Shown here: positions 37,498-46,771 of the stretch, one piece after another
How the letters are laid out: the number at the start of each line of letters is the position of its first letter
Numbering within the stretch: position 1 is the stretch's first letter
NCBI GenBank assembly: GCA_965221695.1
Contig: OZ244905.1
Location: 256,001-320,000 of the forward strand
Direction: 5' to 3'
Length of the DNA: 64,000 nt
DNA from: Gammaproteobacteria bacterium
GTDB taxonomy: Bacteria; Pseudomonadota; Gammaproteobacteria; Eutrophobiales; Eutrophobiaceae
Notes under the pieces: generated by a model
What the model saw: the letters and a program-made list of their open reading frames with translations, nothing else
What the model was told of the DNA's origin: nothing
Databases searched by the model: none
Made by a program: the position numbers and the translations under genes

Positions 37498-39549
37498 TTG
37501 GTGTCCTATACAACCGAAAACATTCGAAATATTGCTATTACCGGCCATAGTGGATCAGGCAAAACAACATTAGTGGAAGCCTTGCTGCTGGGCGCCGGCG
37601 CGATCAACCAGAAAGGTTCGGTAGAGCGAGGCACTACAGTTTGCGATTTTGATGCCCAGGAGAAGACACATCAGCATTCATTGGACAGCGCTATAGCCAG
37701 CCTGGATTACCAGGGCAGTCACATCAATCTCATTGATACACCTGGATATCCTGACTTTATGGGACGCGCATTATCAGCCTTGGCCGCCGTGGAGACCTGC
37801 GCGGTGGTTGTAAATGCCCAGTCCGGCGTTGAGATGGTAACTCGCAAAATGATGGAACAAGCCGGAGAAAGAGGACTGGATCGCCTGTTTATTGTGAATA
37901 AGATCGATGCCGATGACATAGACCTCGAGTCTCTCTTGCAACAACTCAGAGACACCTACGGCAGCGAATGCCTGCCTTTGAATCTGCCGGCAGCGGGAGG
38001 ATCCGAAGTAGTAGATTGTTTTTTTCAGTCCGAAGGTAAGGAAACCGACTTTATGTCCGTTGCGGAGGCGCATACTAATATCGTTGACCAGGTGGTCGAA
38101 CTCGATGAGGAACTGATGGAGAAGTACCTGGAACAAGAGGAGGATATCGACCCGGAACAGCTTCATGAGCCTTTTGAACAGGCTCTTCGCGAAGGGCATT
38201 TCATTCCGGTATGCTTTGTTTCTGCGGAAACCGGCGCAGGTGTACAGCAATTGCTGGATATTTTTGCCCGATTGATGCCGAATCCTGCCGAAGGTAATCC
38301 GCCTCCCATATTCCGGAACCAGGGTGACGCAGCGGAACAGGTCGACATCAGTCCGGACCCTGACGCGTCTGTGATTGCTCACGTATTTAAAGTCAATATC
38401 GATCCGTTCGTCGGCAAGCTCGGTGTGTTCAGGATCCATCGTGGCACAGTGACTAAGGAGAGTCAGTTGTTTATCGGGGACAGCCGTAAACCGTTCAAAG
38501 TAGGACACTTGTTGAAACTGCAGGGCAAGGATCATACCGAAATCGAACAGGGCGTGCCCGGAGACATCTGCGGTGTGGCAAAAATTGACGAGCTTCGTTT
38601 TGACTCGCTGTTACACGATTCTCATGATGATGATCAGGTCTACCTGCAATCCGTGGATAAGCCTGCGCCCATGTATGGTTTGGCTATCCAGGCAAAGAGC
38701 AGGGGAGATGAACAGAAAATATCAGACGCGTTGCACAAGCTACTGCTTGAAGATCAGAGTTTCCTGGTGGAGCACAATGCGACGACCAATGAAACAGTCA
38801 TACGCGGAATGGGTGAGTTTCATTTGCGTATCATGCTGGAAAAACTGAAAGATCGGCATAATGTGGAAGTCACGACTAGAACGCCGAAAATCGCTTATAA
38901 GGAAACCATCACTGCCAATGCCGAAGGTCATCATCGGCATAAGAAGCAGACCGGCGGCGCCGGACAATTCGGCGAAGTCTTCCTGAGAGTTGAACCCTTA
39001 GCAAGAGGAGGGGGCTTTGAGTTTGTCGATGCCGTGGTCGGCGGAGTCATCCCCAAACCCCTGGTCCCTGCCGTTGAGAAAGGAATCAGACAGGCCCTGG
39101 ACAGTGGCGCCCTGTCTGGCAATCCCATACAGGATATCAGGGTGACGGTGTATGACGGGAAACACCACTCGGTTGATTCCAAGGAAGTGGCGTTCATCGC
39201 CGCCGGTAAGAAAGCGTTCCTGGACGCGTTTCATAAAGCCAGGCCAGTTGTCTTAGAGCCGATTGTGGATATCAATGTGACTGCTCCCAGCGACGCCATG
39301 GGCGATATCAACGCTGATATATCCGGCAAACGAGGACGCATCAGCAACACGCTGGCAATGACAGGTGGGATATCGACCATTACCGCCAGCGTGCCATTGA
39401 GCGAATTAGATAATTACCACTCACAACTGAAATCCATGACCGGAGGAACAGGTTCTTTTTCTCTCAGCTTCAGCCATTATGATCCGGCGCCGGCCAAAAC
39501 ACAGAAAGAACTTATTGCCGCTTACAAACCAAAGGAAGAAGACGAATAG
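37498..39549 (+). CDS. Elongation factor G paralogue (EF-G2-like)
   Basis: IRNIAITGHSGSGKTT, DTPGYPDF, NKID, KKQTGGAGQFG, DGKHHSVDS; outside the str operon; start could be GTG 37501. Confidence 0.92.
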   Translation: MVSYTTENIRNIAITGHSGSGKTTLVEALLLGAGAINQKGSVERGTTVCDFDAQEKTHQHSLDSAIASLDYQGSHINLIDTPGYPDFMGRALSALAAVETCAVVVNAQSGVEMVTRKMMEQAGERGLDRLFIVNKIDADDIDLESLLQQLRDTYGSECLPLNLPAAGGSEVVDCFFQSEGKETDFMSVAEAHTNIVDQVVELDEELMEKYLEQEEDIDPEQLHEPFEQALREGHFIPVCFVSAETGAGVQQLLDIFARLMPNPAEGNPPPIFRNQGDAAEQVDISPDPDASVIAHVFKVNIDPFVGKLGVFRIHRGTVTKESQLFIGDSRKPFKVGHLLKLQGKDHTEIEQGVPGDICGVAKIDELRFDSLLHDSHDDDQVYLQSVDKPAPMYGLAIQAKSRGDEQKISDALHKLLLEDQSFLVEHNATTNETVIRGMGEFHLRIMLEKLKDRHNVEVTTRTPKIAYKETITANAEGHHRHKKQTGGAGQFGEVFLRVEPLARGGGFEFVDAVVGGVIPKPLVPAVEKGIRQALDSGALSGNPIQDIRVTVYDGKHHSVDSKEVAFIAAGKKAFLDAFHKARPVVLEPIVDINVTAPSDAMGDINADISGKRGRISNTLAMTGGISTITASVPLSELDNYHSQLKSMTGGTGSFSLSFSHYDPAPAKTQKELIAAYKPKEEDE

Positions 39550-39870
39550 AGCTGTAACTTCAACAAGACGCAACGGAAGTTGCGCGCCTGCCTGTGCGTA
39601 AATCCTCATGATCATAGCTCTGTACGCCCCGACAGCTTGTAACTTTTGACACAGACCGGAATTTCCACCATACCACTCCCGCCCTCGCTCAATGCCATAC
39701 GGGGGCAGGTAGGTCAGCTAATAAAATTTACACAGCAAACCAGTGATGGAAACAAACGGTTATTTATATCTTTTTATCATATAGATAGTAAAATTAAGCT
39801 CTTTTCTTCATAAAACTTACCTGTTATCGTTGGCGCCCCTGTCGAAATTTATGGGCCATTTATCGCTGTT

Positions 39871-41565
39871 ATGTACCAATATGACGAATACGATCAGCAG
39901 ATTGTCAATGAGCGAGTAGAGCAGTTTCGCGACCAGACGCAACGTTATCTGGCCGGAGAACTGAGTGAAGATGAATATCGTCCGTTGCGACTGATGAATG
40001 GCTTGTACATACAGAGGCATGCGCCGATGCTGCGCGTGTCCATCCCTTACGGCCTGTTGTCCTCGGCCCAGTTGCGTATGCTGGCCTACATTGCTGAGAA
40101 GTACGATAGGGGCTATGGTCACTTCAGCACCCGGCAGAATATACAGTTCAACTGGCCCAGACTTGAAACCGTGCCCGATATTCTGACGCACCTTGCCAGT
40201 GTGCAAATGCACGCAATCCAAACCAGCGGCAACTGCATACGCAACATCACCTCTGACCACTTTGCAGGGATTGCCGAGGATGAGTTGGAAGACCCTCGCC
40301 CTTATTGCGAAATCATTCGCCAATGGTCCACCTTCCATCCTGAATTTTCGTTTCTTCCGCGTAAGTTCAAGATTGCCGTATCAGGGGCCGAGAGTGATCG
40401 AGCGGCCGTTCAAATCCATGATATCGGCATCTATCTGGTCAGGAATGAAGCGGGTGAAACAGGCTACAAAATACTTGTAGGCGGCGGCCTGGGACGCACC
40501 CCATACCTGGGTGTCTGTATTCGGGATTATCTGGAAAAGCGTCATCTGTTGTCTTACCTGGAAGCCATTCTGCGCGTTTACAACCAATTAGGCCGGCGCG
40601 ACAACATTCATAAAGCCAGGCTCAAGATACTGGTGAATGCGGTTGGAGCGGAACAATTTACCGATATGGTTGAAACCGAATGGCGCGCAATCAAGGACTC
40701 GGCGCTGTTGCTGGACCAGGCTGAGATAGACCGGGTCAAGGGTTTTTTCGCCGAGCCGAAGTTTGATAGCGCCGCAGCCGATGATGCGACGTTCGCAAAA
40801 CGTCTGGTGTTGCAAAAAGATTTCAATCTGTGGACGCAGCGCAATGTCAAGGCCCATAAAGCGCCCGGTTACCGAGCTGTTTACCTCTCTCTCAAATATC
40901 CGGGCGTTGCACCTGGCGATGCCAGTAGCGCGCAGATGAATCATATTGCGGATCTGGCTGATAACTACAGCTATTCGGAAATACGCGTGACCCATGACCA
41001 AAACCTGATCCTGCCCCATGTCAGACAAGGAGACCTCTATCCACTCTGGATTGCTCTGAAAAAGCAGCGTCTGGCCACACCCAACATTGGTTTGCTGACG
41101 GATATGATCTGTTGCCCGGGGCTGGATTTCTGCAACCTGGCAAATGCCGGCTCCATAGATGTCGCCGAACAAATCAATGACCGGTTTGCTGAATTGGACT
41201 ATCTACATGATATCGGTGATTTCCAGATTAAGATGTCGGGCTGTATGAATGCCTGCGGCCATCATCATGTAGGACATATCGGTATATTGGGCGTTGACAA
41301 AAAAGGCAAAGAATTCTATCAGCTAACGCTGGGCGGATCCGCAGGAATCAATGCGCGGCTTGGGGACCGTCTTGGCCCTGCCGTCGCCAAAGAAGATGTG
41401 GCAGAGACCATAGACAGGATATTACGCGTGTATCTTGAGCTGCGTGAAGGAGAAGAGCAGTTCCTCGAAACCTACCTGCGCGTAGGAACAGACCCGTTCA
41501 AGGACAGAGTCTACGCGACTGAAAGTGAGCCTGTAGAGGAGTTCAAGGCCGTTGCGGGTTATTAA
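39871..41565 (+). CDS. cysI: Ferredoxin-type sulfite/nitrite reductase hemoprotein
   Basis: MYQYDEYD, HFSTRQNIQ, TSGNCIRN, LPRKFK, CCPGLDFC and SGCMNACG siroheme/FeS ligands; paired with DUF934. Confidence 0.9.
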   Translation: MYQYDEYDQQIVNERVEQFRDQTQRYLAGELSEDEYRPLRLMNGLYIQRHAPMLRVSIPYGLLSSAQLRMLAYIAEKYDRGYGHFSTRQNIQFNWPRLETVPDILTHLASVQMHAIQTSGNCIRNITSDHFAGIAEDELEDPRPYCEIIRQWSTFHPEFSFLPRKFKIAVSGAESDRAAVQIHDIGIYLVRNEAGETGYKILVGGGLGRTPYLGVCIRDYLEKRHLLSYLEAILRVYNQLGRRDNIHKARLKILVNAVGAEQFTDMVETEWRAIKDSALLLDQAEIDRVKGFFAEPKFDSAAADDATFAKRLVLQKDFNLWTQRNVKAHKAPGYRAVYLSLKYPGVAPGDASSAQMNHIADLADNYSYSEIRVTHDQNLILPHVRQGDLYPLWIALKKQRLATPNIGLLTDMICCPGLDFCNLANAGSIDVAEQINDRFAELDYLHDIGDFQIKMSGCMNACGHHHVGHIGILGVDKKGKEFYQLTLGGSAGINARLGDRLGPAVAKEDVAETIDRILRVYLELREGEEQFLETYLRVGTDPFKDRVYATESEPVEEFKAVAGY

Positions 41566-42046
41566 GGACGGCCGAGTAGTCGAGGACAACTGGGAAAGAA
41601 TTTCCCTGTCTGACCCAGAGCAAGCATTGCCAGCAGGCGATGTCATCGTGCCTTTAGACTATTGGCTCAAAAACAGGGAACTGCTGACCCGGCGTCGCGG
41701 CAGGATTGCCGTTTGCCTGAACGGGGATGACAATCTTGCTGATATTTCCGATTCACTGGAGCAGTTTGAGCTTATTGCCCTGGAGTTTCCCAAGTTTACT
41801 GACGGGCGGAGTTATTCCCATGCCCGGTTGTTGCGAGATCGATTCAACTATCGCGGCGAACTGCGCGCGTTGGGGGATACGCTTCGGGATCAGTTATTCT
41901 TTATGCAACGTTGTGGAATCGATTCCTACCAGATTCGTGAAGACAAGGACGCGCAAGACGCGCTAAAAGGATTATCCGGCTTCAGTGTGAAATATCAAAC
42001 AGGCGCAGATGGCGAACCGCCCATTTACAAGCTCAGGCAGAAATGA
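41552..42046 (+). CDS. DUF934 protein (usual partner of CysI)
   Basis: IALEFPKFTDGRSYSHARLLR, GELRALGD.LRDQL..MQRCG. Confidence 0.92.
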   Translation: MRVIKDGRVVEDNWERISLSDPEQALPAGDVIVPLDYWLKNRELLTRRRGRIAVCLNGDDNLADISDSLEQFELIALEFPKFTDGRSYSHARLLRDRFNYRGELRALGDTLRDQLFFMQRCGIDSYQIREDKDAQDALKGLSGFSVKYQTGADGEPPIYKLRQK

Positions 42047-42094
42047 AATATGAGTTTAGCGCAAATTTGCTTCTCCGGATCATTCTGGCTTGTG

Positions 42095-42228
42095 CAGAGT
42101 TTCCTATGATACAGGGATGTATCGTCAAAATCGGCGATAGTAAGCCATTGATTATGAGAAGAAAACAAAAATCGAAATTTTATTTTTCGTACTCTGACAA
42201 GTCTTGGATGGACTTGTTCAGAGTTTCT
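42095..42228 (-). mobile_element. IS5-like MITE, long copy with IHF-like site
   Basis: Reverse complement aligns over ~130 bp with 52637-52770; AATCAATGGCTTA (42141-42153, minus) fits WATCAANNNNTTR. Confidence 0.75.
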
Positions 42229-42233
42229 TAAAT

Positions 42234-42575
42234 TTAATCCTTGAGTGAACTCAGCCCTGTCTCCAGATTATCGTGAATTGTGAACAGGCTCACCAGTCCG
42301 CTTATTTCAAATATCTTCATGATGTTTTCATTTAGGGAACACACTGAAAATGCTCCGGAATTCTTGGCAAAGCTCTTTGTGGCAAAAATCAGCACCCGCA
42401 AACCTGCGCTTGAGATGTAATTCACATCAGCAAAATTAATGATCATCTTATCGCAACCGTTTTTTATTTCCTCTGCGACCTTGTCATGCACCTGTCCTGA
42501 ATTGGTTGCGTCAACCCGCCCCTTAAGATTAAGAATAACAATACCGTCCTGATTTGCTGTTTCAATTGCGTTCAT
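42234..42575 (-). CDS. STAS-domain anti-sigma factor antagonist (RsbV/SpoIIAA-like)
   Basis: LKGRVDA, YISSAGLRVL with phosphorylatable Ser, IFEISGL. Confidence 0.93.
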   Translation of the reverse strand: MNAIETANQDGIVILNLKGRVDATNSGQVHDKVAEEIKNGCDKMIINFADVNYISSAGLRVLIFATKSFAKNSGAFSVCSLNENIMKIFEISGLVSLFTIHDNLETGLSSLKD

Positions 42576-42687
42576 AATTGTTCTCGTTCACTAATTGGAT
42601 TAACGATCTGGATACCGATAGCATATTATAGACTTTTGAATTAAACTGTCCAAATATTTTACAATCAATAAAACTCAGAGTAAGTCT

Positions 42688-43158
42688 ATGCAGCGGAAAC
42701 AACAAAAAACTACCTGGGTATTGGAAGATCTAGCCGGATTGACGGATTTTTCTGATCAGTTCAGAGCGTACTGTGTGCAACAGGACCTGGATGAGGGTAA
42801 AATATTCGAACTTGAACTGTCCCTGGAAGAGTTGATTGTCAACTCATTTAACCACGGCTACAAGGATCATGAACAAGGGACTGTCACCATAGAGGCCGAA
42901 GACAACAGCACGGAAGTCAGGATAAGTTTGCAAGACAATGCGCCACCTTTTGACTTATTCAGGGATGCGCCGCCCCCGCGACTGGGTGGAAAAACCCCGG
43001 AGCCTGAACCTGAGCCCAGCTCGAAAACGACCAAAGAGCTGGAACAGGAGAAAGAGGGTGGTCTCGGTATCCACTTGGTTAAAAGCCTTAATGACAAAGT
43101 CGAATACTATGGTTCCAAGGATGGAAACATCGTTGTCATTATTAAATCCAAATCCTGA
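42688..43158 (+). CDS. RsbW-like anti-sigma factor / serine kinase
   Basis: LSLEELIVNSFNHGY, DNAPPFD, GGLGIHLVK. Confidence 0.9.
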   Translation: MQRKQQKTTWVLEDLAGLTDFSDQFRAYCVQQDLDEGKIFELELSLEELIVNSFNHGYKDHEQGTVTIEAEDNSTEVRISLQDNAPPFDLFRDAPPPRLGGKTPEPEPEPSSKTTKELEQEKEGGLGIHLVKSLNDKVEYYGSKDGNIVVIIKSKS

Positions 43159-43206
43159 CCAAGCAAAATCCTGACTGACAAAACCTGAATTGGGTTGACC
43201 CGGAGA

Positions 43207-46014
43207 TCAGTCCCGGGGTCCTGTGTATTGAAAGGACAGGATGGTGATATCATCGAATTGATCGGCGCGCCCGATAAACCTGAGCACGCTTCTGAAAACT
43301 GAGCTTGTCATATCCTTGGCGTTGTTAAACTCATTTTTTTTCAGCAACTCCTCCAACCGGGCATCGTCATAGAATTCATCTCTTATGTTCTGCGCCTCGG
43401 TGACGCCATCGGTATATAACAGCGCGATATCGCCCGCTTCCATATCAATGGATTGTTGCCTGAACTCAATGCCCTCGAATGTGCCTACCAATGGCCCCTG
43501 GACTTGTTCGAGACATATCAACTCTCCGTTGTTTTTCTTGATATACGGCAGGTTGTGCCCCGCGTTGGTTATCAGCAGCTTGCCGGTATTCAAGTCCATA
43601 ACGCCGATTATCAATGTGACAAACATGTTGCTGTCATTATTTAAGGACAGTTCATTGTTGACCCGGGTGATGATATCTTTTGTCTGCTTGGTTTGATCCA
43701 GCACTTTGTTGAGTAGGGCCTTGGTCACCGACATGAACAGAGATGCGGGTATGCCTTTGCCGGATACATCGCCCACACAGAAGTAGACCTTATTATCCTG
43801 CATAAGAGAAAAATCGTAAAAATCTCCCGAAACGCTTTGCGCTGGTTTCAGAAAAGCCTCCAGGGTGAACCCCTCGCCTTGGATCGGGTCCGGCAACATG
43901 TCCATCTGCACCTTCTGTCCGATCCTGAGATCCTGGGCCAGCTTGTCATTATGTGACTTGATTGTCTTGAAAGCGCCTTTCAGTTGCTCGCTGGCGCGGG
44001 TAACTTTATTCCGGCTCCAGATGAATATCAGGGTCAGCGTCAGGATCAAAACGGCGGTTAAACCGCTACCTGCCAGGGTTTGCCGGGTAAAGGCCTTGAA
44101 TGTCGCTAAAGCCTCTTCACTGTTAAACTCGTTGATAATGCCAAATCCGTAAACGTTGTTCCATCTCCAGTAGCCGACTACTTTTTGTCCCAGGTAATTG
44201 TCATACTCATCCAGTTCGCCGCCGCTGCCGCCGGCTATCACGCGCTGAACGGAAAGGGGCAGGTCCGCAGGTTTTGCAGCTTTTCCTCGCGCGCCGGCAG
44301 CCATCCCAATCACGGATTGTGTGTCCGCTTCCAACCAACCTTGATCCAGCATTTGTTCTTTCCAGCGGGGTTCGCTGATAAAACGTCCCGCCGCATCAAC
44401 CAGATAAATCTCGCCATAATTACCTGAATAGCCTCGTCTGAGGATTTTTGCCAGCGCTCGCTGTGGAGAGACCATGAAGAAAACCGCTCCCTTGTTTTCA
44501 TCCATCAAGGCCCCGAAAACAATATTTTGCGTGAGCAAATCATCAGTAGCTTCCCGGTTTGGGAATGCGATCATCATATTATGTTTCAGGAGATGTTCTC
44601 TGGCTTCCTCAGGCAGCGTAAAATAATTGCCGATGCGTTCTGCCCGGCTGCTGGATAGAACAATGCCGGTGTTATCGACGATCAGGTAGTCTTCGACGAT
44701 TTCAGGGTTGAGCATCGCGAAACTCTCGGGGAATTGCTGCAAACTCTGCGTTATCGCAATCTCATCTGCCTGTTCGACATTCGGACGAGCCAGGCCCGCC
44801 GCTTGCCGCTCCGGCGACTGAAGCGGGAATTCCTGCAATGCTTGCAAGGAAGCCAGAGACAGTTGCCGGCTGGCTGCTTGCGCAAATTTGACCGTATCCT
44901 GGCTGGTTTCATGCATCCAGTCCAACGTCGCGTTCTGGGTGGCATCCAGGGTAAATTTCAACTCGTCCCTGACCTTGGCGTAAGACTGAATCCTGTTTTC
45001 ACTCAGGAACCACCAGGAAAGCCCTAGAATCATGAAGGTGACCACCACCGCGGCAACAATGAGCGGCCAGCCCTGCCAGAAGTTCCTGAGAAAGAATTGC
45101 AGGGACGTAGCGTCGGCGGTTGTGTTTTCTTTTTCCTCTTCGGGGGCAGTTTTACTGGTTAACCGCCTTACCAGCGCCTCGCGCGCGGACGCTTTTTCTT
45201 CGGAAACGGGAGAAGTGTAACCACTGGCGGCCAGACGTTTAGCCAATCGGGATTTGCCGCTCTGGGCGTCTCTCTTTTTTATGGTAGCAGCGCCCAGTAT
45301 CAGTGAAAGCAGAGCAAGACCAGCGGCCAGGGCCAGAGTAATCATCAACACCACATTCAGACGCCATTGCTTGTCACGGTATCCGGCAATTTCTCCTGAA
45401 GTTCTGTAGTCCAGAGTTTCAAAAAACCTGTCCAGCGGTTTCATGATTTTTTCTTTGGCCAGGTGGTATTGCTCGCCATGGAGCAAGTTACGCGCCAGGC
45501 CCTGGTTGGGAACGCCTTTGGTTTGGTTATCAAAAAGACCCACCATGGCGTTCATGGCTCGGTTCTCGAGGTTCACGAGCTCGTTGGACTCGTCTTCCGT
45601 TTCCCGTAACAGCGCAAATTCTGTTTCCGTGAATTCGGCCTCTTTCATCAACTCCTTCAATGGTTTGGGAAAGGTGTCCGGGCGCGGTGGAATGCCTGTG
45701 GCAGAGATAAAATCCCAGTAGATATTATGATAATCTACCGGACGCGGGGCATCTCCGCTTCGTATTGCCAATATCTTGTCGAAATACTCCTTGAACTTTG
45801 GATTGCCAGTGACGGTATATGTCCTGGCCATACGGGTGAGATCATCAGAGCTTTGTCGCAGCTCATCAGCCAGCAGATACGATTGGTACCGTCGGTCCGC
45901 CGCAGCATCGATTTTTGCCTGATTTTCGATCACCTCCAGGTAGAGGAGCAGCGAAATCAGCATCAGCGTCATAATTGACGCGAAAATCATGAGTGTGTGT
46001 TTTTGTATATCCAT
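43207..46014 (-). CDS. Membrane sensor with C-terminal PP2C (SpoIIE/RsbU-like) phosphatase
   Basis: VSGDFYD, GDVSGKGIPASLFM, MFVT, NAGH, YTDGVTEA, DDIT; four hydrophobic segments in the N-terminal part. Confidence 0.9.
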   Translation of the reverse strand: MDIQKHTLMIFASIMTLMLISLLLYLEVIENQAKIDAAADRRYQSYLLADELRQSSDDLTRMARTYTVTGNPKFKEYFDKILAIRSGDAPRPVDYHNIYWDFISATGIPPRPDTFPKPLKELMKEAEFTETEFALLRETEDESNELVNLENRAMNAMVGLFDNQTKGVPNQGLARNLLHGEQYHLAKEKIMKPLDRFFETLDYRTSGEIAGYRDKQWRLNVVLMITLALAAGLALLSLILGAATIKKRDAQSGKSRLAKRLAASGYTSPVSEEKASAREALVRRLTSKTAPEEEKENTTADATSLQFFLRNFWQGWPLIVAAVVVTFMILGLSWWFLSENRIQSYAKVRDELKFTLDATQNATLDWMHETSQDTVKFAQAASRQLSLASLQALQEFPLQSPERQAAGLARPNVEQADEIAITQSLQQFPESFAMLNPEIVEDYLIVDNTGIVLSSSRAERIGNYFTLPEEAREHLLKHNMMIAFPNREATDDLLTQNIVFGALMDENKGAVFFMVSPQRALAKILRRGYSGNYGEIYLVDAAGRFISEPRWKEQMLDQGWLEADTQSVIGMAAGARGKAAKPADLPLSVQRVIAGGSGGELDEYDNYLGQKVVGYWRWNNVYGFGIINEFNSEEALATFKAFTRQTLAGSGLTAVLILTLTLIFIWSRNKVTRASEQLKGAFKTIKSHNDKLAQDLRIGQKVQMDMLPDPIQGEGFTLEAFLKPAQSVSGDFYDFSLMQDNKVYFCVGDVSGKGIPASLFMSVTKALLNKVLDQTKQTKDIITRVNNELSLNNDSNMFVTLIIGVMDLNTGKLLITNAGHNLPYIKKNNGELICLEQVQGPLVGTFEGIEFRQQSIDMEAGDIALLYTDGVTEAQNIRDEFYDDARLEELLKKNEFNNAKDMTSSVFRSVLRFIGRADQFDDITILSFQYTGPRD

Positions 46015-46114
46015 GGTGTTTGAAAATTATCGAACACCAGTTATCATCACCTGCGTGTCCGCGCCCCGCTCGCGTCGCGGGGCGCGGCTTAAGGCCAACA
46101 CTCGGCGCGACAGT

Positions 46115-46591
46115 TCAAAACGGTATATCGTCGTCAACAAATTCCCCCTCATTGCCGGCAGGCTTTGTGTTTTGTCCCGACTGAGGCGCAGGGGCTTCAG
46201 GGGCTTGTTGGCGCTCCCGTCTTGGGGGACCGGAGAAGTCCTCACCTGCGCTGCTTTTGCTGTCCAGCATTTGCATTTCATTGGCCACAATTTCAGTCGT
46301 ATAGCGTTCATTTCCATCCCGGTCCTGCCACTTGCGCGTTTGTAAGCGTCCTTCGACGAAGACTTTTGAACCTTTGCGTAGATATTCTGAGACAATTTCC
46401 GCCAAACGACCGAAAAATACAATCCGATGCCACTCGGTTCGTTCCTGCAGATCTCCCGATTCCTTATCTCGCCACGAATCAGTTGTCGCCAGGCTGACAT
46501 TTGCGATAGGCGAACCACCGGCAGTGTATCTTACATCCGGATCGTTTCCAAGATTTCCAATGAGAATGACTTTATTTATTCCTCTGGCCAT
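46115..46591 (-). CDS. ssb: Single-stranded DNA-binding protein
   Basis: [21 protein letters not shown]-terminal DDDIPF. Confidence 0.98.
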   Translation of the reverse strand: MARGINKVILIGNLGNDPDVRYTAGGSPIANVSLATTDSWRDKESGDLQERTEWHRIVFFGRLAEIVSEYLRKGSKVFVEGRLQTRKWQDRDGNERYTTEIVANEMQMLDSKSSAGEDFSGPPRRERQQAPEAPAPQSGQNTKPAGNEGEFVDDDIPF

Positions 46592-46771
46592 GCTTCCACT
46601 CCTTTCTGATTAAGATTAAACAAAGGAACCTTCGATTACTTCAAAGGCCCCATAAAATACAACCATGATCGGGCTGTTTTTTTCGCCTGGTGTAAATCCG
46701 GCTTGGACTCACGCCAAGCATCCCTTATATTAGCAGGTTAATTTTATTCCGGCCAAACATATGTAGCCATC

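Noticed and set aside
46592-46771. LexA (SOS) box between ssb and uvrA
   Set aside because: No CTG-N10-CAG match found by eye; the closest, CTGTTTTTTTCGCCTG, lacks the right half-site.
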